The translations under genes were made by a program, and so were the position numbers. The notes beneath the pieces were generated by a model, which saw only the letters and a program-made list of their open reading frames with translations, did no database searches and had not been told where the DNA came from. Below, one piece after another: positions 1-4,641 of a DNA stretch of 5,582 bases. The stretch's first letter is position 1; each line of letters starts with the position of its first letter. The DNA comes from Chromobacterium sinusclupearum (GTDB lineage: Bacteria > Pseudomonadota > Gammaproteobacteria > Burkholderiales > Chromobacteriaceae): assembly GCF_002902845.1 (NCBI RefSeq), contig NZ_PPTF01000065.1, positions 26,419-32,000 on the forward strand, in the 5' to 3' direction.

Positions 1-277
1 CCAGAATCGGCTGGCGGAGCAAAAAGAGCATGTGGAACTGATGCTGGCCAAGCTGCGCCATATCGGCCGCAAAATGGAGCTGGCGCGCCGCGCCTATGCC
101 GGCGAGGAAATAGGCGAAGACGGCGCTGCCGGCTGGACCAAGGAAATGATAGAAGCGCGCCGCGCCCTGAAACATGCGCTGCTGCTGCGCGATTATGCCG
201 ACGCCGAAGAGCAGCGCCGCATCGCCGCCATTCTGCAACGCGCCACCGCCGAAATCACCGGCCAGACCAAATCCTAA
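1..277 (+). CDS. 3' fragment of an unidentified protein (91 codons visible, codon phase starts at nt 2). Helical and charge-rich; possibly the C-terminal part of a small regulator, but no diagnostic motif is present.
   Basis: The frame beginning at nt 2 (CAG AAT CGG CTG ...) is open from the window edge to TAA at 275-277. The ORF track starts it at GTG 32 only because the window begins here. Third-position G/C bias looks like the neighbouring genes. The stop lies 10 nt before the next ATG, and AAGGAG (276-281) overlaps the stop, which implies one operon with the SIP gene. PadR-type regulators often precede SIP genes, but I cannot recognise that domain in this tail. Confidence 0.55.
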   Translation, partial: QNRLAEQKEHVELMLAKLRHIGRKMELARRAYAGEEIGEDGAAGWTKEMIEARRALKHALLLRDYADAEEQRRIAAILQRATAEITGQTKS

Positions 278-287
278 GGAGCGCCGC

Positions 288-1082
288 ATGACTCAAGACC
301 TGACGATACAAAAACTACGCCACGCCACCCGCTTCCGCCTGCTGCAAGTCAGCCGGGTAACGCGGCTGACGCCAGCCATGCTGCGGATCACGCTGAGCGG
401 CGACGATCTGGAAGGCTTTGTCTCCGCCTCCTTCGACGACCATATCAAACTGTTCTTCCCCGCCCCCGGCGAAGCCAAACCGGCTACGCCCAGCATGGGC
501 GAGGGCGGCATGAGCTTCCCCGCGGATAGACCCAAGCCGGTCATGCGCGACTACACGCCGCGCCGTTACGATGCGGCCAAGGGCGAACTGGATATCGATT
601 TTGTGGTGCACGCCGGCGGCGTCGCCGCGCAGTGGGCCGTGAACGCCAAGCCTGGCGACTATCTGGGCATAGGCGGCCCGCGCGGCTCCCGCGTGGTGCC
701 GACCGGCTTTGACTGGCACTGGCTGATAGGCGACGAATCGGCGCTGCCGGCGATCGCCCGGAGGCTGGAAACATTGCCGGCCGGCGCCCGCGGGCAAGCG
801 TGGATATTGGTGGACGACGAGGATGGCCGACTGCCGCTTGCCGCGCCGGCCGGCGTCGAAATCGTTTGGCGCTACCGCAAGCGCGGGCAGGACCTGCTGC
901 AAGCCATTGAGCAAACCGCCCTGCCCGCCGGCGAAGGCTATGTCTGGGCTGCGGGGGAAAGCGGCGAAATGCGCCCGCTGCACAAGCACCTGCTGGCGCA
1001 AGGGCTGGATAAGGAGCGGATGCGCGTGGCTGGCTACTGGAAGCGCGGCGACGCTGGAGCGCATGAGAGCATTTCGGACTAG
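288..1082 (+). CDS. Siderophore-interacting protein (SIP/ViuB family), FAD-dependent ferric-siderophore reductase
   Basis: 264 aa from ATG 288, in the same frame as track ORF 174..1082. AAGGAG lies at 276-281, 6 nt upstream of the ATG. The family-typical FAD-binding motif R-D-Y-T-P-R-R-Y is present (MRDYTPRRYD). The NAD(P)H-domain start reads WLIGDESALPAIARRLE, and the C-terminal motif reads VWAAGESGEMRPL...VAGYWKRG. Length and order match the FAD_binding_9 + SIP two-domain architecture. Confidence 0.9.
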   Translation: MTQDLTIQKLRHATRFRLLQVSRVTRLTPAMLRITLSGDDLEGFVSASFDDHIKLFFPAPGEAKPATPSMGEGGMSFPADRPKPVMRDYTPRRYDAAKGELDIDFVVHAGGVAAQWAVNAKPGDYLGIGGPRGSRVVPTGFDWHWLIGDESALPAIARRLETLPAGARGQAWILVDDEDGRLPLAAPAGVEIVWRYRKRGQDLLQAIEQTALPAGEGYVWAAGESGEMRPLHKHLLAQGLDKERMRVAGYWKRGDAGAHESISD

Positions 1083-1090
1083 AGATTTTC

Positions 1091-1129
1091 CCGCTTGGCC
1101 CATGGGCCGGCTTTAGGCCGGTTAAGCGG
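1091..1129. terminator. GC-rich nested inverted repeats in the 56-nt gap between convergent genes; possible bidirectional, non-canonical terminator
   Basis: CCGCTT (1091-1096) pairs with AAGCGG (1124-1129). The helix extends through two G-U pairs and two G-C pairs (1097-1100 with 1120-1123). An inner GGCC (1105-1108) pairs with GGCC (1116-1119) around a 7-nt loop. A competing perfect 12-bp palindrome GGCCCATGGGCC lies at 1097-1108. No U-tract follows the stem on either strand, hence the low confidence. Confidence 0.25.
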
Positions 1130-1138
1130 CTGCAGGCC

Positions 1139-2110
1139 CTATGGCGTCAGGGCGGTCCGGAAAAAAGCGACCAACGAAGCATTCAAATCATGATGAAAGG
1201 CCGTTCGGTCAAAACCTGGCGCGTCTTGGCAGATTTCCGGTTCCTCCTTGACCAGCGCCTCCGCGCATGGCGCAAGGAAGGCAAAGTGGCCCGCGTTTTG
1301 TACTACTTTGTAATCGCGCAAGGTTGGCAGCAGTTTATGCAGCTTGGCCTCCGTGTCCGGTTCTACTCCATCACCGCCCTTCTCCGAAATCCACAGGAAC
1401 ACGGGAATTTTGATGCCTGCAAGATTGGCGGCATTCGGAAAAGCATTCAGCGGATCAAGCGCTGCGGCAGCCTTGACCCTATCGTCGCGCACCCATTGGC
1501 GGGTACCCCTGGCCTCTTGCTCAAGCTGTCGGCACAGCGGACGATCGATCTTGCAGCGCACTTCCGAGCCGGCAAAATCTGGCTCGCCGCCCGCAATGAC
1601 CAAGGACGTAAAGCCTCCGCGCGAGAAACCCATGACGCCGATCCTGGAGGAATCGATTTGCGAGGCTTCGGTCGCTTCACCCAGCATATAGTCAATCACC
1701 CTTTTGATCTCGATTGGCCGTCTTTCAAAAGCCAACATGTCCCAAGGGTACTTCATACTCATCCCGCTATCCCCGGTGTGATTGAGGGACACCACTAGGA
1801 ACCCGTTATCAGCCAAAGCTTCCGCGCTGTCATGATGGCCGTACATGCTGCCGGTAAAACCGTGAGAAATCACGATCAGGGGCAGCTTATCGACATCCAA
1901 AGGACAATTGCGACTGGCGCTCACCATGAAGGCTGCGACCTGGCTGCTCTCCGGTTGCTTTGAACACGGAGACCAAATCGCGGCTTTCAATGCCGGAATC
2001 GTTTTGGTAGCTGGAATATCAACCAGCCGCAAGCCCGCAGCCAGCGTAAAGGAAGCGCAGCAGGCGAAAAGCATGCCTATCGCAACATGCATGATTTTAG
2101 TCAAACGCAT
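1139..2110 (-). CDS. Secreted or lipid-anchored alpha/beta-fold serine hydrolase (COG4188 / dienelactone-hydrolase-like, PAF-acetylhydrolase-like fold)
   Basis: 323 aa from ATG at 2110-2108, with GGAG 7 nt upstream on the minus strand (GGAGACAGACT ATG). The N-terminus MRLTKIMHVAIGMLFACCASFTLAAG is a signal peptide, with either an AxA-like site (TLA/A) or a weak lipobox (LFAC). An oxyanion-region motif reads PLIVISHGFTGS. The nucleophile elbow is G-F-S-R-G-G (Ser codon at 1622-1624), and a His candidate lies in NAGHFAF. The conserved C-terminal EICQDAPGFDRTAFH resembles COG4188 proteins. Confidence 0.85.
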   Translation of the reverse strand: MRLTKIMHVAIGMLFACCASFTLAAGLRLVDIPATKTIPALKAAIWSPCSKQPESSQVAAFMVSASRNCPLDVDKLPLIVISHGFTGSMYGHHDSAEALADNGFLVVSLNHTGDSGMSMKYPWDMLAFERRPIEIKRVIDYMLGEATEASQIDSSRIGVMGFSRGGFTSLVIAGGEPDFAGSEVRCKIDRPLCRQLEQEARGTRQWVRDDRVKAAAALDPLNAFPNAANLAGIKIPVFLWISEKGGDGVEPDTEAKLHKLLPTLRDYKVVQNAGHFAFLAPCAEALVKEEPEICQDAPGFDRTAFHHDLNASLVAFFRTALTP

Positions 2111-2169
2111 AGTCTGTCTCCACAAGCAGAAATCCGCATCCTACCCGAAATGCGTTTGACATTACGAAC

Positions 2170-3045
2170 TCATTCCACCTCGCGCAGCAATTGCGTCAAC
2201 AGCGGCGACAGATAGCGCCGCTGCACGGTAATGGCATAAAACGTTTCTTCTACCTCAGGCACCAGGCAATACTGCTGCAGCAAACCTTTCTCCAGTTCGT
2301 CGCGCACCACGATGGCGGGCAGCAGCGCCACGCCGCCCGCGTCGCGCGCCAGCAGACGCAGCATGGCCATGTCGTCCACTTCCGCCCGGATTTGCGGCTT
2401 CCAACCCATTTCCTCGCACAGCAGGTCGAAGCGCAGACGGATCTCGCTCTTGCGGCTGGGCACCAGCAAGGGCAGGCGCGTCAGATCGCGCTCGATATGG
2501 AAATCCTGTCCCGCGTCCAGCGGCGGCCCCACCAGCACCACCGGCTGGCGCGCCAGGGTGCGGCAGCGCCAGGCCTGTTTGTCATCGGCCAGCACCGGCC
2601 GATTCGACAGCACCACGTCGAGCTCATGCGCCTTCAGCCTGGCTAGCAGCTCCTCCAGGCTGCCCGCTTCCAACATCAGCCGCACCTGCTGCTGGCGCAG
2701 CACCGGCTGCAAAAACCAATCCTGGAAATTGCGCGACAAGGTCGCCACGCTGCCGATGCGCAGCGTGCCACCGCGGCCTTCGCTGGATGCCGCGCTGGCC
2801 AGTAGCTCGTTGCCCAGGGCGAAAATCTCCTCGGCGTAACGCATCACCACCGCGCCCAGTTCGGTCAATTGCAGCTTGCGGCCCTCGCGCAGGAACAACG
2901 GTTGGCCCAGCTGTTCTTCCAGCTGACGGATTTGCGCGGACAACGCCGATTGCGAAACATGCAAGCGCTCGGCAGCCCGGGTGAGGTGCCCCTCGCTGGC
3001 AACCGACCAGAAATAATACAGATGGTGATAGTTGAGTCGGCTCAT
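2170..3045 (-). CDS. LysR-family transcriptional regulator, NhaR-like subfamily
   Basis: 291 aa. The N-terminal wHTH MSRLNYHHLYYFWSVASEGHLTRAAERLHVSQSALSAQIRQLEEQLGQPLFLREGRKLQLTELG is close to the distinctive E. coli NhaR N-terminus (INYNHLYYFWHV...GAAEAL...ITGQIRALEERL). The rest has LysR substrate-domain length and layout, including the NhaR-like C-terminal element EETFYAITVQRR. It is divergent from the dabBA operon. Confidence 0.93.
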   Translation of the reverse strand: MSRLNYHHLYYFWSVASEGHLTRAAERLHVSQSALSAQIRQLEEQLGQPLFLREGRKLQLTELGAVVMRYAEEIFALGNELLASAASSEGRGGTLRIGSVATLSRNFQDWFLQPVLRQQQVRLMLEAGSLEELLARLKAHELDVVLSNRPVLADDKQAWRCRTLARQPVVLVGPPLDAGQDFHIERDLTRLPLLVPSRKSEIRLRFDLLCEEMGWKPQIRAEVDDMAMLRLLARDAGGVALLPAIVVRDELEKGLLQQYCLVPEVEETFYAITVQRRYLSPLLTQLLREVE

Positions 3046-3141
3046 TGTTCTTTATTAAAGAATGAAAACTAATATTTAATCTATTTTACTGAACATATCG
3101 ATTAGGGCAAAGTGCCGGCATGCTTTAGACGGAGCCTCTCT
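3046..3141. promoter_or_regulatory. Divergent promoter/operator region between the LysR gene and dabB
   Basis: Nt 3046-3110 are extremely AT-rich for this window (about 15 G/C in 65 nt by hand count). An imperfect dyad spans 3054-3080, with perfect arms ATTAAA (3054-3059) and TTTAAT (3075-3080) separated by 15 nt; this is a candidate LTTR site. A candidate sigma70 promoter for the LysR gene lies on the minus strand: -35 TTGCCC (3110-3105), 16-nt spacer, -10 TAAAAT (3088-3083). I found no convincing -35/-10 pair for dabB, which is consistent with activator dependence. The dabB RBS is GGAG at 3131-3134, 7 nt before ATG 3142. Confidence 0.5.
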
Positions 3142-4641
3142 ATGCCCTTTTCCCTCTCCGACGCCCTGCCCGTCGCCATCGTGCTGGCCTGGTTGTTGCC
3201 AGCCTGCTGGCCAGGCCCTGCCCTGCGCACGCATTGGCGGGCGGCTGAAGCGGCCGCCCTCTTCGGCGGCTTGTTGCTGTTGCCCTTAGCTTGGTTTACT
3301 CCATCTGCGCCCTGGTTCGCCGCTGCCTGGCTGATGCAGGCGCTGGTTCAGCTATTGGGCTGGATGGTGCTGCGCTATTCACGCCGCTACATGCAAGGCG
3401 AGCCCGGCCAGCACCGTTTCCTGCGCGCGCTGGGATGCCTGCTGGCTTCCGTCACGCTGGTCGTGCAAGGCACCCATCTTTTGCTGATGCTGGCGGCGTG
3501 GATAGTGTGCAGCCTGGCGCTGCAAACGCTGCTGACTTTCTACCCCGGCCGGCCTGCCGCCCAACTGGCGGCGCGGCGAGAGCGGCGCACCAGCCGGCTG
3601 GCGGAGCTGCTGCTGATCGCCGGCGGGCTCGCCTGGTCCTGCGCCGGCCGCAGCCTGGACCTGACGGCAGCCGCAACGGCGCCGGTCTCCATCGAAAACC
3701 ACGGCTATGCCATGCTGGCTGCGGTGTTGCTTGTGGCTGCGGTGGGCATCAAGACCGCTCAGTTGCCCTTCCATGGCTGGCTGACCCAGGTAATGGAAGC
3801 GCCCACACCGATTTCCGCCCTCTTGCATGCCGGCGTGGTGAATCTGGGCGGCATCGTGCTGATCAAGGCTGCGCCTTTGCTGCAAACCGCGCCTGCCGCC
3901 AATGCGCTGCTGATGCTGTGGGGCGGTCTGAGCGCGACAGTGTGCTGCCTGGTGATGCTGACCCGCATCAGCGTCAAGCTGCGGCTGGCCTGGTCCACCT
4001 GCGCCCAGATGGGTTTCATGTTGCTGGAAATCGGCATGGGCCTGTATTCGCTGGCGCTGCTGCACTTGCTGGCCCACTCGCTGTATAAGGCGCATGCCTT
4101 TCTCAGCGCGGGCAATGCCGTACGTGACAGCGCCGCGCGGCGTCTGGCCGGCGGCGACGAAGCCGACAGCCTGCCCGCGCACCTTGCGCGCGGCGCGCTG
4201 GCCGTGCTGGCGCTGGCCGTTTCGCAATGGCTGTGGCAACGCTGGCTGCCGGCTGCCGCCCTGCCGCCTCTATTCTGGCTATGCATGGGGCTGGGCATGG
4301 GCGTGTTGCTGCGCGGCCCGTCAGGCCTGTTGGCGACGCTGGCGCTGTGCCAATCCTATCTGCTGCTGCATGCGCTGGCGACCCAGGCGCTGCCGTGGCA
4401 TGGCCAGCCGCCCGCAGCGTGGAGCCAATGGCTGCTCGGCGCGATTTTCGCCGCGGCCTTTCTGCTGCAGGGAGTGTTGCTGCGCCACCCGCAAGGCTGG
4501 CTGGCGCGCCGGCTCTATCCGCATGCCTTCGCCGGTTTTCATCTGGATGAATGGTGGTGCATGCTCGCCTGGCACCAGCCCCGGATCCAGACTCCGATCC
4601 CATCCTGGCAACTGTCGCTGAAAGGAGGCCGTCATGACTAA
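3142..4641 (+). CDS. dabB: DabB: NuoL/NdhF/MnhA-like proton-conducting membrane subunit (Proton_antipo_M family) of a DAB/MpsAB-type inorganic-carbon pump
   Basis: 499 aa from ATG 3142. The protein is polytopic and hydrophobic throughout. The hallmark antiporter-subunit block [42 protein letters not shown] (nt 3751-3828 cover K..H) matches the NuoL consensus [44 protein letters not shown] matches NuoL HAFFKALLFL. No other complex I or Mrp subunits are nearby. A DUF2309 gene follows immediately and overlaps it, which defines DabB rather than a respiratory subunit. Confidence 0.88.
   Translation: [499 protein letters not shown]

Noticed and set aside
174-287. Upstream extension of the SIP ORF to ATG 174, as drawn in the ORF track
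   Set aside because: The extension (MRCCCAIMPTPKSS...) overlaps the 3' end of the upstream gene in another frame and has no RBS. ATG 288 has AAGGAG at ideal spacing and gives a normal SIP N-terminus.
315-1103. 262-aa minus-strand ORF covering the whole SIP gene (also 293..544 - and 541..774 -)
   Set aside because: It lies in the exact codon-complement register of the SIP gene (both coordinates are 0 mod 3). In that register, stops can arise only opposite TTA/CTA/TCA codons, which a high-GC gene avoids. The product is an Arg/Ala/Gly/Pro-rich, low-complexity sequence with no recognisable motif, whereas the plus strand has clear SIP motifs.
1190-1798. 202-aa plus-strand ORF (and 1344..1691 +, 1908..2159 +) antisense to the hydrolase
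   Set aside because: The 202-aa ORF is in the same codon-complement register as the hydrolase (both 2 mod 3), so it is a shadow ORF. It has no motif and no RBS, while the minus strand encodes a signal peptide, a GxSxG elbow and family-typical C-terminal motifs.
2111-2125. TTG start at 2125 for the hydrolase (track protein MWRQTMRLTK...)
   Set aside because: The extra five codons are themselves the Shine-Dalgarno region (UUG UGG AGA CAG ACU). ATG 2110 sits 7 nt after GGAG and starts a canonical signal peptide (MRLTK + hydrophobic core).
2156-2161. Perfect TTGACA -35-like hexamer on the plus strand
   Set aside because: It points into the 3' end of the LysR gene with no plus-strand gene downstream and no matching -10. 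It is better explained as part of the 11-bp inverted-repeat arm ATGCGTTTGAC.
2191-2839. Plus-strand ORFs 2191..2646 (151 aa) and 2312..2839 (175 aa), plus the smaller ORFs 2787..2984 and 2869..3072, inside the LysR gene
   Set aside because: These are shadow frames of a high-GC gene; 2191 is in the exact complement register of the LysR gene. Their products are Arg/Gln/Ser-rich low-complexity sequences, whereas the minus strand gives a full-length, motif-bearing LTTR.
3112-3141. GTG 3112 as the dabB start (track protein MPACFRRSLSMPF...)
   Set aside because: GTG 3112 has no SD and its extension would contain the GGAG at 3131-3134. ATG 3142 follows that GGAG by 7 nt. The GTG start cannot be fully excluded without N-terminal data.
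3117-3146. GGCAT (3117-3121) / ATGCC (3142-3146) pairing that would occlude the dabB start codon, and the 8-bp palindrome TGCCGGCA (3113-3120)
   Set aside because: The stem is only 5 bp with a 20-nt loop. That is easily produced by chance in GC-rich sequence and far weaker than the 11-bp case upstream of the hydrolase. It is noted only as a possible minor element of the leader.
3291-4621. Alternative-frame and antisense ORFs inside dabB (3291..4088 +, 3379..4239 -, 3452..3676 -, 3759..4298 -, 4094..4621 +, 4103..4603 -, 4227..4550 +)
   Set aside because: All are Ala/Arg/Gly/Pro-rich, which is typical of off-frame translation of GC-rich DNA. The 286-aa antisense ORF is in the exact complement register of dabB. 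Only the 3142..4641 frame yields a coherent polytopic membrane protein with NuoL-type motifs.
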